Shown here piece after piece: positions 43,401-51,510 of a DNA stretch of 64,000 nucleotides. The DNA lies in the NCBI GenBank assembly GCA_017524525.1, contig JAFXVM010000014.1, positions 5,680 through 69,679 on the forward strand, written 5' to 3'. Positions within the stretch are counted from its first letter, which is position 1; every line of letters starts with the position of its first letter. A program made the position numbers and the translations under genes. The notes under the pieces are model-generated. The model made no database searches, was not told the DNA's origin, and saw only the letters and a program-made list of their open reading frames with translations. The DNA is from Alphaproteobacteria bacterium. GTDB lineage: Bacteria; Pseudomonadota; Alphaproteobacteria; Rs-D84.

Positions 43401-46379
43401 ATATCCGTGTATTTTTGCACTGCCCAAATCAACTTCGTATTCACCGTTTAACATCCCCGTGTGTGAACCTTGGTTGTTATCACCACTGTTTTCACCATTA
43501 TCACCATTTATTGCACGATATCTGATATTTGGATTTGCTGTAAATGGTACAGATTGGATTATTGATGCCGACAAAGGACTATTTGATGCCGGTTCTATGC
43601 TATAACCTGTTGGACAGGTCAGGGTCGTTATCGCACATGCGCCCGGCGTTTCTAATGCGTCGCCACCACCCAGATAGTGTAAAACATTAGTTTTTGTATT
43701 TGCGTACCCCACAGACTGACCCTCTACAGGATTAATAGTGGCGCATGACACATCCGCATTTATTTTATAACAATATTCGCTGCTTCGTGCGCCCGCCGCA
43801 GACGTATAAGTGTCGTCTGCACCTTCTGCTTTTGTACAATTTTCGGCACCTTGGTCATCGTTTTCAGAATAAGTGAACGAACCCCCAGGGCAATAAAATC
43901 CAACCTTGCATCCAGAGCAAGTTGTGTCACCCGCTGCTAAATAATATCCAGGATTGCAAGTATATGTTCCAGCGCTGCATTCCATTTGTTGTCCCAATTC
44001 ACCCAATAATAATTCTATACCCGGTACTGTTGCTGAGCTTGTGCTTTTGCTCGAACCTGTGTCTTTATTGTCGTCGCTCTTTGAAACCGACACGGTTCTT
44101 TTGTTGATAAAGAAACTATATAAACAAGAATTAACACACTCGGCTGCACATATTTGATAATCGTGCTTTTTATCTTCGAACACCCAATCAGAATCGTTTA
44201 CACTTACTGCGGATGCATTATTTAATTGATATCCCGTCATATTGCACCAGCAATATTCACCTGTATCCGTTAAATCAACCTGGTCATTCGGCAGGGAAGA
44301 AACTGTTTTTTGTTTTGTATTTGCAGTACTTGGGTCTGTATAGGTAATCTTATTACTGGTTGCGCTGCAAACCGCACGACCAAATATTTGTGTTCCATTA
44401 TTATAAGCAACAGCAAATTGTCCGGTGGTCAAGCCAGTGGTTGAAGCACTGCTGTTATCTGTTGAACCGTCAATTGCATACCATTTTGTGTTTGCCCTTG
44501 ATATGCTGGATGATTGATTAATATACGCGGATAATGCGCCATTTGTACCAGATGAAGTATAACCCGTGTTACAAGTCAACGATTGTATCGCACATGCACC
44601 CACTGGGCTGATTTCTGTTCCAATATTGTAATAATCCCTGTAATTTGCAGATGTGTTTGCATAAGTAGCGGTTCCGTTTGTGACTTTATTAAATTCGGCA
44701 CAATTTTTTGTTCCGCTGTTCCCGTAACATTGGGATTCGTGTGTAGAATTCGCATCGGAATTTGGATATAATGGTGTGCCTATGTCATCCATTTTTAAAT
44801 CTGCACAACTTTTTATACCGCAATTTTTATCGTTGCTGTATGAACATGTTGCGCCAACACAATAAGAACCCGATGGACAGCCTGAACAACTGAAACCGCC
44901 CGCCGCCAAATATTGACCCGCTGGACATGTAATTGTGTCGCTGCAGGCGCTTTCACTTGTTGAACCAGTGGCAGAGAAAGTTTGATTGCCACTTGTGTCA
45001 AGTGGACATGCGGTTCTTCCTTGGTCTGCAACGGCGCTGTATTGATAAACGTTCGCCCTTGGACAATAAGAACCCGCTGGACATGTTGCGCATTGGGTTG
45101 TTGCCTTTGGTAAATATTGACCCGCCGGACATTCATATCCAACATAACAATCGCTTTGTTCATCAGAGCCCGCATCGGAATTAGGTGTCGCAACTGGACA
45201 GTTGTTTAATCCTTGGTCACTTCCGTTCGGTGTAAATGTTCCGCCCGCGCAATAATGGTCAGCAGGGCATATCACACATTGGTTTGTCGCGCCACTAAGA
45301 TATTGACCCGCACTGCAAGTCACAGAATCAGCAACACATTCCATTTGTTTAACAAGCGAACCCAAAAGTGCAAAGTTGACATCAAGTAACACTTCAAGAC
45401 AGCCTATAGAACAATAAGAAGCGCAACGTTCATTCGAAGTGCCGCCTTCCAAAAATTTCCAAGTTGGTGCAGATATTGTTTGTGTGGAACCATTGGCAAC
45501 AGCATAACTGTCTATTTTACACCAACAATTTGCCCCCGTGGTCCCAACGGTAAATGCGTTTGCGGGACGCGAAGCAACACCACCGTCCGCCCAAATTATG
45601 TTATATTTTTCTTCGTCGCTCAGTGAATCAAAACCCGACAAATCATGTTGTGAAACCGTTGTTGTATTACAAGTCGCAACACCACTTATTACCGTACCGT
45701 CAACCCAGCCAATTTGCCATTGACCATTGGTTAATCCCGTTGCATTAAAGCTAGTTTCGTTATCACCATTCAAAGCGCGCACCTTGGTGGTTGTTCCAGA
45801 CATATTGTGCGATTGATGGGTATAATTTGCCAATGGACCATTTGTTGATGGAATCTTTGAATACCCGCTGTCGCAAGTCAATGCAGTTAATGCACACGCG
45901 CCAATGTTATCTGTTTCTTGGCCACTTGGATATATCTTGTATGCCACAGATGTTTGGGTTGCATATGTTGGTGTTCCATTTAAAACCTTGTTTATTTTAT
46001 CACAAGTATCTGTCCCTGTTTCGCTGTAACATTGAGAATAACTCCATGAACCGGCAGCAGAATTTTTATATTGGTCATCATCACATGCTTTAATACCTTG
46101 GTCGGTGCCATCAAAAACAAATGTTCCGCCCCCGCAATAATTTTTTGTTGTACATTGAACACATGTCGCGGTTGTCGCGTCCAAATATGTTCCCGGATTG
46201 CAAGTGTAAGAATTTGCCTGGTACTTTGCGAAAAATTTCAGTGTGCCACCATCACTTCCCAAACCTGTATCACAGGTTTCTTGGCTGCTTGAAGTAATCA
46301 AAGTCGATTCGGCAACCCCAGAATATACAACGAATACAGCAAATACTGATGTCAGGAATATCTTGATTTTTGTGTTCAT
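40488..46379 (-). CDS. giant secreted cysteine-rich modular repeat protein with a C-terminal flg_new repeat, family member 4 (1963 aa from M16)
   Basis: Leader MNTKIKIFLTSVFAVFVVYSGVA, six Cys-rich modules plus two head-only units, and terminal YNITWYDGN...QCSYDDDFTLPTAETRTGYNFMGYQVIQ. Confidence 0.85.
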   Translation of the reverse strand: MNTKIKIFLTSVFAVFVVYSGVAESTLITSSSQETCDTGLGSDGGTLKFFAKYQANSYTCNPGTYLDATTATCVQCTTKNYCGGGTFVFDGTDQGIKACDDDQYKNSAAGSWSYSQCYSETGTDTCDKINKVLNGTPTYATQTSVAYKIYPSGQETDNIGACALTALTCDSGYSKIPSTNGPLANYTHQSHNMSGTTTKVRALNGDNETSFNATGLTNGQWQIGWVDGTVISGVATCNTTTVSQHDLSGFDSLSDEEKYNIIWADGGVASRPANAFTVGTTGANCWCKIDSYAVANGSTQTISAPTWKFLEGGTSNERCASYCSIGCLEVLLDVNFALLGSLVKQMECVADSVTCSAGQYLSGATNQCVICPADHYCAGGTFTPNGSDQGLNNCPVATPNSDAGSDEQSDCYVGYECPAGQYLPKATTQCATCPAGSYCPRANVYQYSAVADQGRTACPLDTSGNQTFSATGSTSESACSDTITCPAGQYLAAGGFSCSGCPSGSYCVGATCSYSNDKNCGIKSCADLKMDDIGTPLYPNSDANSTHESQCYGNSGTKNCAEFNKVTNGTATYANTSANYRDYYNIGTEISPVGACAIQSLTCNTGYTSSGTNGALSAYINQSSSISRANTKWYAIDGSTDNSSASTTGLTTGQFAVAYNNGTQIFGRAVCSATSNKITYTDPSTANTKQKTVSSLPNDQVDLTDTGEYCWCNMTGYQLNNASAVSVNDSDWVFEDKKHDYQICAAECVNSCLYSFFINKRTVSVSKSDDNKDTGSSKSTSSATVPGIELLLGELGQQMECSAGTYTCNPGYYLAAGDTTCSGCKVGFYCPGGSFTYSENDDQGAENCTKAEGADDTYTSAAGARSSEYCYKINADVSCATINPVEGQSVGYANTKTNVLHYLGGGDALETPGACAITTLTCPTGYSIEPASNSPLSASIIQSVPFTANPNIRYRAINGDNGENSGDNNQGSHTGMLNGEYEVDLGSAKIHGYASYLYKDGKYACSCSMDSYTLSGGSAVTVNPAKGTTSSYDALPLQSAAESKCAQTCAMDIARNRDIRVILFDDLGQQKACSISQYTCAPGYYLPKEATACVQCTINHFCPGGFFSYSTTEEQGIYDCPSGFTKSVVGSWAETQCNKETGTDNCSTLNKVSNSTSVTYANTTASYGAYTPGTETENIGACAITALTCDTANGYVVTPATNGVLVNYVNQSHNISKANCKYRALNGDDGKNSSASYGYGDSTGMTNGTGIIQWTDGTKINVRASCNSTDGVNVGETRSNNTFNSSSTGKYCWCNMTGYQLNGGSATNVNDSDWAFVKKADSNSGCANDCASKCVNFSENPNIVNKMMSALLGTYGQQMACEIPTYSCNPGYYLPKNETTCAICPAGYYCKGVNNVQASSLDDQGKEKCLSNYPNSAQGTAYIGFCYKEETVNCKDLLKIDYADATYANATATRRTYTDSVVNSVVPVGACAITDATCQNSGETLVGSAGPLSNYESPVFGMPFDNNKEVHYRAINGDSGVNSGRAAEGTGDYIGMQNGTFRLVYGTDLEVNGTASCDVNADGKYDCHCSLTSYKIGSGSTVSVNPAVTILTPMKDKTLSDCQYECAHDCAKQTAMTPEFGDLGDTRQCGIPQYNCAPGEYLAMGNTTCSICPGNGYYCPGGTWDISTTKDQGKEQCESGYSYSDTGAKDKRFCYKNPSTQQCSVVNPVRGASSVTYANQTAATRIYFSDELEITAIGACAVSSISGCNTGYAAMNTTDGPLVNYINQSRNLNLSSTKYLELDGSTGSGTSELYAGSSNGMTAGTFELVYNNGTKIMGRASCNTTAGSTDFETKSYATFNSTSTGKHCWINMTGYQLNSQSTVNVNDSNWVYIKGFDDASTCSKECLNSSLSEYLLDKPVENVLFGSYGKNPVAPCNPNTYNITWYDGNTQMTTNQCSYDDDFTLPTAETRTGYNFMGYQVIQ
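40635..46208 (-). repeat. six tandem ~270-320-aa Cys-rich coding modules (A, heads, A, B, A, B, A)
   Basis: Module nt ranges: 45324-46208, 43965-44933, 43149-43964, 42285-43148, 41481-42284 and 40635-41480. Head-only units lie at 44934-45323. Boundaries come from my residue count of the Y-x-C-x-P-G heads. Confidence 0.75.
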
Positions 46380-46557
46380 TTCTTTTTCTCTCTTGCAATA
46401 CTTTCTATGGGCATTGTTGCACAATAGAATAACCTTGTAAACAAAAAAATTTGATATTTTTGTATTTTGTTAAAAATATTAAAAAACCGCAGAAAACCGC
46501 CGTTTTTTGATATGGTTTGTATATACAAAAAATAACATGTTTTTGTGTAAAAAACAC

Positions 46558-46586
46558 TTGACGATTTGTTGTTTTTGTACTATATT
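46558..46586 (+). promoter_or_regulatory. sigma70-type promoter of 46618-47019
   Basis: TTGACG, 17-nt spacer, TATATT. Confidence 0.45.
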
Positions 46587-46617
46587 TTATGGTGTGAAAC
46601 AACAAAGGAGTGTCTTG

Positions 46618-47019
46618 ATGGCAGAACAAAATAAAAATTATAATCTTACTATCGTTCAAGATTATCTTGAAAGATTGGGTAAGAAAAATGACGAAGGAAC
46701 ACAATTTTACAGCGATGTGACAATTTTGTCTGGCCCTGGTATGAGCGAATATAATTATTTGCAAAATACACACAAAGATTTATTTGAACGCTGGAAAAAA
46801 GGCGAAGTGTCCATGTACAATGTGAAATGGGCGGGCGTAGCGTTCGTTTTGGAATATCAATATGGTGGCGAAAAAATATACGAATACAAGGGCGATAGAT
46901 GCAAAGCACCTGTGTGGAATCCATGGCGTGCTTTTGTTGTATACAAACATCAAATTACACCTGTGGGGCTGGATTTGGCTGTGGCTGTTAAAAACTTGTT
47001 CAAAGAACAAGTACGTTAA
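46618..47019 (+). CDS. hypothetical protein (133 aa)
   Basis: ATG preceded by AAAGGAG. A terminator follows (aaacaccatcaaacgatggtgttttttt). No motif. Confidence 0.5.
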   Translation: MAEQNKNYNLTIVQDYLERLGKKNDEGTQFYSDVTILSGPGMSEYNYLQNTHKDLFERWKKGEVSMYNVKWAGVAFVLEYQYGGEKIYEYKGDRCKAPVWNPWRAFVVYKHQITPVGLDLAVAVKNLFKEQVR

Positions 47020-47071
47020 AGACGCAAATAAAATAGAAAAAACACCATCAAACGATGGTGTTTTTTTGCCT

Positions 47072-47139
47072 TCGGTTCGCTTCCGTCACACCCAAACACA
47101 AATAAAAAAAATCATCCACAAGGGATGATTTCTTTATTT
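47072..47139. repeat. copy 1 of the 67-68-nt tRNA-Leu downstream flank (includes the terminator hairpin)
   Basis: tcggttcgcttccgtcacacccaaacacaaataaaaaaaatcatccacaagggatgatttctttattt. Differs from 47331-47397 by one A in the A-run and one a/g change. Confidence 0.85.
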
Positions 47140-47213
47140 CCCTCAGCATAAATGCTTGCGGGGAAACCGTAACAATTTTGGTGCACTATCGTTTCCAAAA
47201 TTTACTTGTTTTC

Positions 47214-47232
47214 TGGTGGCTCTGATCGGAAT
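47214..47232. repeat. 19-nt duplicate of the tRNA-Leu 3' end (tggtggctctgatcggaat, same as 47399-47417)
   Basis: Exact match read in the sequence. Confidence 0.85.
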
Positions 47233-47330
47233 GGAATTCCACCACGATTTCATCGTGGCGGACACCTTTCGCACACGTAAGGCTCAAACTGCGTTGACAC
47301 TTGTTTGCGCCAACTATCGTGCCGAACCGA

Positions 47331-47397
47331 TCGGTTCGCTTCCGTCACACCCAAACACAAATAAAAAAATCATCCGCAAGGGATGATTTCTTTATTT
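47331..47397. repeat. copy 2 of the tRNA-Leu downstream flank, functioning as the tRNA-Leu terminator
   Basis: Minus strand reads aaatcatcc-cttgc-ggatgattt followed by ttttattt, immediately after the tRNA 3' end. Confidence 0.85.
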
Positions 47398-47398
47398 T

Positions 47399-47483
47399 TG
47401 GTGGCTCTGATCGGAATCGAACCGATACTCCTTTCAGAACTTGATTTTGAGTCAAGCGCGTCTACCAGTTCCGCCACAGAGCC
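47399..47483 (-). tRNA. tRNA-Leu (anticodon CAA), CCA encoded
   Basis: Reverse complement is GGCTCTGTGGCGGAACTGGTAGACGCGCTTGACTCAAAATCAAGTTCTGAAAGGAGTATCGGTTCGATTCCGATCAGAGCCACCA. Anticodon loop CTCAAAA, long variable arm. Confidence 0.95.
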
Positions 47484-47503
47484 AGAACATTAAACAACCG
47501 TTG

Positions 47504-47884
47504 TTATTTTTTCTTGGCGGCTGCTTTCTTTGCATCTACCTTTTTTACAAGGCGTGCGCTGCGATTTGGTTTGTGAACCGGTTTTTTCGCAGGCTTTTCA
47601 GCTTTTCCGTTTTTCTTTTCAATGGCTTTTTTAATAGCTGCCATTTCTTCAGTCAAACGAGAAACAGGTTTTGCCATTACATAGGCATCCAAACCACCGT
47701 GCTTTGTCAAAGTGCGCAAACCAGCCGTAGAAATACGAAGGGTAAAATCGCGGTTCAAAGCATCGCTGTGGAATGTTAATTTTTGTAAGTTAGGCAAGAA
47801 TGTGCGTTTTGTATGGCGCATAGAATGCGATACATTCATTCCTACCATTGTTTTTTTTCCAGTTACTTTACATACACGTGGCAT
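47504..47884 (-). CDS. rpmB: 50S ribosomal protein L28 with a Lys/Ala-rich C-terminal extension
   Basis: MPRVCKVTGKKTMVGMNVSHSMRHTKRTFLPNLQ...LRISTAGLRTLTKHGGLDAYV. Start is at M17 of the track ORF. Confidence 0.9.
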   Translation of the reverse strand: MPRVCKVTGKKTMVGMNVSHSMRHTKRTFLPNLQKLTFHSDALNRDFTLRISTAGLRTLTKHGGLDAYVMAKPVSRLTEEMAAIKKAIEKKNGKAEKPAKKPVHKPNRSARLVKKVDAKKAAAKKK

Positions 47885-47990
47885 TTTTAATCCTTTAATT
47901 ACTGAGGCATAATTTATACTATAATTTGTCAAAAGTCAAGTAATGATTTTATTTTTTTATACGGGAACTAATAGGTCTTTTGTCCGATGG

Positions 47991-48018
47991 CTTGAATTTC
48001 AAAAATATGCGACTATAT
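47991..48018 (+). promoter_or_regulatory. candidate RpoH (sigma32)-type heat-shock promoter of clpB
   Basis: CTTGAA, 16-nt spacer, CTATAT, compared with the alphaproteobacterial RpoH consensus CTTG-N17-CYTAT-N-T. Lies about 40 nt upstream of the clpB ATG. Confidence 0.35.
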
Positions 48019-48057
48019 AAACATTAGAAATAAAAAATAAACAAAAGAGGTGAAATC

Positions 48058-50115
48058 ATGAATCCAGAAGAAGTTCAAGAAACGCCACAACAAGCGATTG
48101 AAAAATATACTACCGATTTTACTAAATTGGCGGCTGATGGTAAATTGGATCCTGTGATTGGACGCGAAGAAGAAGTTAGAAGAACTATCCAAGTATTGTC
48201 CCGCAGAACTAAAAATAACCCAGTCCTGATTGGTAATCCAGGGGTAGGTAAGACCGCTATTGTCGAAGGTTTGGCACAACGTATTATATCTGGTGATGTT
48301 CCAGAAAATTTATTAAAGAAAAAATTGTTGTCGTTGGATATGGGGGCTTTGATGGCGGGTGCTATGTTTCGCGGTCAATTCGAAGGACGACTTAAAGCAA
48401 TTTTGAAAGCAGTCAAAGAATCAAACGGTCAAATTATTTTGTTTATTGATGAATTGCACACTATGGTTGGCGCAGGCAAAGGCGAAGGTTCTATGGACGC
48501 TGGTAATTTATTAAAACCTATGCTGGCGCGCGGAGAATTGCATTGTATGGGTGCAACTACGTTGGATGAATACCGTCAATATATTGAAAAAGATGCTGCC
48601 CTGGCGCGTCGTTTTCAACCTGTTTATGTAGACGAACCAACAGTAGATGATACTATTTCGATTTTGCGTGGATTAAAAGATAAATACGAAGGTCATCATG
48701 GTGTTCGTATTTCGGACAGTGCTTTGGTTGCGGCTGTGAAATTGTCGAATCGTTATATCACAGACAGATTTTTACCTGACAAAGCGATTGATTTGATTGA
48801 TGAAGCGGCTGCGCGAGTCCGTATTGAAATTGCATCTAAACCAGAAAAATTGGATGAATTAGACAGACATTTAATGCAATTAAAAATTGAACAACAGGCA
48901 TTAAAGAAAGAAAAAGACGAAGAATCTAAAAAGCGTTTGAAAGATTTGGAAACTTTGATTGCAAAGATGGAAAAAGAATCTGCTGAAATGACAGCGGCTT
49001 GGAAAGATGAACAAAAGAAAATGAAAGGTTTGTCTGATGCGATGGCTGCGCTGGATGCTGCGCGTGCCGAAGTCACAATCGCTATGCGTAATGGTGATTA
49101 TGAAAAAGCGTCTGCTTTGCAATATGGTAAAATTCCAGAATTGGAAGAACAAATAAAAAAACAAAATACAGAATCTAAAGAATATAAAACTGTTCTGCCA
49201 GAACATATTGCTGCGGTTGTGTCTAAATGGACCGGTGTCCCAGCAGATAGATTATCTATGGAAGAACAAGCAAAATTGTTGAATATCGAAGACGAATTGC
49301 GCAAACGCGTTGTTGGTCAAGACCATGCATTAAGTGTTGTTGCGCGTGCTATCCGTCGTTCGCGTGCAGGGCTTTCTGACCCACGCAGACCATCTGGTTC
49401 ATTTATGTTCTTAGGCCCAACTGGGGTTGGTAAAACCGAAGTAGCAAAGGCTTTGGCAGAATATTTATTCAATGATGATACTGCTATGACGCGTATTGAT
49501 ATGAGTGAATATATGGAACCACATTCTGTGGCACGCTTAATCGGTGCACCTCCGGGATATGTTGGGTATGAACAGGGTGGTGAATTAACAGAATCTGTGC
49601 GTCGCAGACCTTATCAAGTGTTGTTGTTTGATGAAATTGAAAAGGCTAACCCAGATGTGTTCAATGTATTCTTGCAAATACTTGATGATGGCAGATTGAC
49701 AGACGGGCAGGGACGCATAGTTAATTTCACAAACACTATTATTATAATGACAAGTAATTTGCCAAGTATGGACGCGGTGAAAAAGCAGTTTAGACCTGAA
49801 TTTATCAACCGTATTGATGAAATAGTGTTCTTTAATCAACTTGGCAAAGATGTGATGGCTGATATCGTAAAAATCCAATTAAAGATTTTGGAAAAAAGAT
49901 TGGCTGAGCGTCAAATGTCTTTGCGTGTGACAGACAAAGCAATTCAATGGTTGGGTGACAATGGGTATGATGCTGTATTCGGGGCAAGACCTTTGAAACG
50001 TCTTATCACAACCGCGGTCGAAGATAAAATTGCAGATTTGATTTTGTCTGGTCATGTTGGCGAAGGTTCAACCATTAACGTCGATGTCCATGGCAAAGAA
50101 TTGCTGATACAATAA
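48058..50115 (+). CDS. clpB: ClpB-type AAA+ disaggregase lacking the N-terminal domain
   Basis: Two NBDs ([18 protein letters not shown]) and a coiled-coil middle domain. Begins directly at ...[45 protein letters not shown]. Confidence 0.9.
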   Translation: MNPEEVQETPQQAIEKYTTDFTKLAADGKLDPVIGREEEVRRTIQVLSRRTKNNPVLIGNPGVGKTAIVEGLAQRIISGDVPENLLKKKLLSLDMGALMAGAMFRGQFEGRLKAILKAVKESNGQIILFIDELHTMVGAGKGEGSMDAGNLLKPMLARGELHCMGATTLDEYRQYIEKDAALARRFQPVYVDEPTVDDTISILRGLKDKYEGHHGVRISDSALVAAVKLSNRYITDRFLPDKAIDLIDEAAARVRIEIASKPEKLDELDRHLMQLKIEQQALKKEKDEESKKRLKDLETLIAKMEKESAEMTAAWKDEQKKMKGLSDAMAALDAARAEVTIAMRNGDYEKASALQYGKIPELEEQIKKQNTESKEYKTVLPEHIAAVVSKWTGVPADRLSMEEQAKLLNIEDELRKRVVGQDHALSVVARAIRRSRAGLSDPRRPSGSFMFLGPTGVGKTEVAKALAEYLFNDDTAMTRIDMSEYMEPHSVARLIGAPPGYVGYEQGGELTESVRRRPYQVLLFDEIEKANPDVFNVFLQILDDGRLTDGQGRIVNFTNTIIIMTSNLPSMDAVKKQFRPEFINRIDEIVFFNQLGKDVMADIVKIQLKILEKRLAERQMSLRVTDKAIQWLGDNGYDAVFGARPLKRLITTAVEDKIADLILSGHVGEGSTINVDVHGKELLIQ

Positions 50116-50189
50116 AACAAACATATATAGCCCCTTGACAGCTGGTAAAGTTATGGTATAGTCAACCACGCTATAAAGGGGTTATTATT

Positions 50190-50570
50190 ATGGTTAAAAA
50201 ATTACAAAATATTGATAAACAAATTTTTCAAGAATCTCATCTTTTGCCGATTGTTAGAAACAAAAATGGTCGTCTTGAAGACATTTATGGTATCGAAGTT
50301 GCAGATCCGCTTCGCGATTCTAGAATTGTTCATGTAAACCCATATGTAATACCAAAAAATCATATTACAAAGACAGAAACAATGAATGGGATTATAAAAA
50401 AATTCAATGAAAACAAAGAAATCTTGAAAGCAGAACACGATGAAAACAAAATTGCGTGCATCAATGAAAGATTAAACAATTTGGCAAACTGTTTGTTGCG
50501 TGAAAAAAATTACATTGAAAAGCGTATGAAAATAAATGTTTCACAACTTGTCAAAGGATACGTAAAATAA
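50190..50570 (+). CDS. hypothetical protein
   Basis: ORF followed by a terminator (aaccgccgatttcggcggt followed by gtttttt). No motif. Confidence 0.45.
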   Translation: MVKKLQNIDKQIFQESHLLPIVRNKNGRLEDIYGIEVADPLRDSRIVHVNPYVIPKNHITKTETMNGIIKKFNENKEILKAEHDENKIACINERLNNLANCLLREKNYIEKRMKINVSQLVKGYVK

Positions 50571-50663
50571 AAAATAACCGCCGATTTCGGCGGTGTTTTT
50601 TGTTCTTGCTTTGTTCATAGTTTTTTTGCTAGATTTTGTCTGCAATAAAATAAAGGAAGTAAA

Positions 50664-51485
50664 ATGAATATGAGTCTTGATTCTTTAATCACAACTTTGG
50701 GACAAATTGTCGCGACTTTTGGAACTAAATTAATAGCCGCTGTTGCTATATGGGTTATTGGTTTTTGGATTGTGAAAAAGGTTGTTGCATCTATTTCTTT
50801 CACGATGCGCCAACACGAAGTGGAACCTTCGTTGGCTTCGTTTACACAATCGTTTTTAAGCATCACTTTGAAAGTATTGGTGGTAATAATCATACTGACA
50901 ACACTTGGTGTCCAAATGACTTCTATTGTAGCAGTTCTTGGTGCTGCATCATTGGCAATTGGTATGGCGTTATCTGGGACATTACAAAATGTAGCAGGTG
51001 GCATGATTATATTATTTTTTAAACCTTTTCGTGTTGGCGAAGCGATTGTGACAGCAGACGGCAAAGCAGGTATTGTCAAAAAGATAATGATATTTACAAC
51101 AGAATTGCATACTTTTGATAATCAAATTTTGTTTTTGCCAAATGGCGCACTGTCAAATGGTATAATAACTAATTTATCCCAGGGTAAAAATCGCAGAACA
51201 GATTTAACAGTTGGTATATCGTACGGTGATGATGTTGAAAAAGCGCGTGCGACTGCTTTGAAAATATTATCCAAAGATAAACGTGTTTTGAAAAATCCGG
51301 CACCAGAAATTATATTGTCTTCGCTGGATGACAGTGCGGTCACATTGATTGTTCGTTATTGGACTAAATACGAAGATTTGTTGTCGGCCCAGGCGGACAT
51401 TTTGGAAACAATTTATAAAGAATTTCCAAAGAATAAATTGCATTTTCCATTCCCCCAGATGGATGTTCATATGAAAAAGAATTAA
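50664..51485 (+). CDS. small-conductance mechanosensitive channel (MscS family)
   Basis: Three N-terminal TM helices, then LSGTLQNVAGGMIILFFKPFRVGEAI and a beta-domain. Confidence 0.85.
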   Translation: MNMSLDSLITTLGQIVATFGTKLIAAVAIWVIGFWIVKKVVASISFTMRQHEVEPSLASFTQSFLSITLKVLVVIIILTTLGVQMTSIVAVLGAASLAIGMALSGTLQNVAGGMIILFFKPFRVGEAIVTADGKAGIVKKIMIFTTELHTFDNQILFLPNGALSNGIITNLSQGKNRRTDLTVGISYGDDVEKARATALKILSKDKRVLKNPAPEIILSSLDDSAVTLIVRYWTKYEDLLSAQADILETIYKEFPKNKLHFPFPQMDVHMKKN

Positions 51486-51510
51486 AAAAAAACGCCCAAA
51501 CGGGCGTTTT

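Noticed and set aside
47214-47330. A second, tandem tRNA-Leu gene or pseudogene ending at the duplicated 19-nt 3' end.
   Set aside because: No 5' acceptor strand (GGCTCTG) is present. The T-stem 5' half is replaced (ggaattcc). No anticodon stem-loop can be drawn. Only the last 19 nt are tRNA-derived.
46862-47386. Track ORFs 46862-47128 and 47156-47386 spanning the tRNA-Leu flank repeats.
   Set aside because: The two repeat copies are read in different frames, separated by a 1-nt A-run length difference. There is no SD, and the sequence is terminator and att-like DNA.
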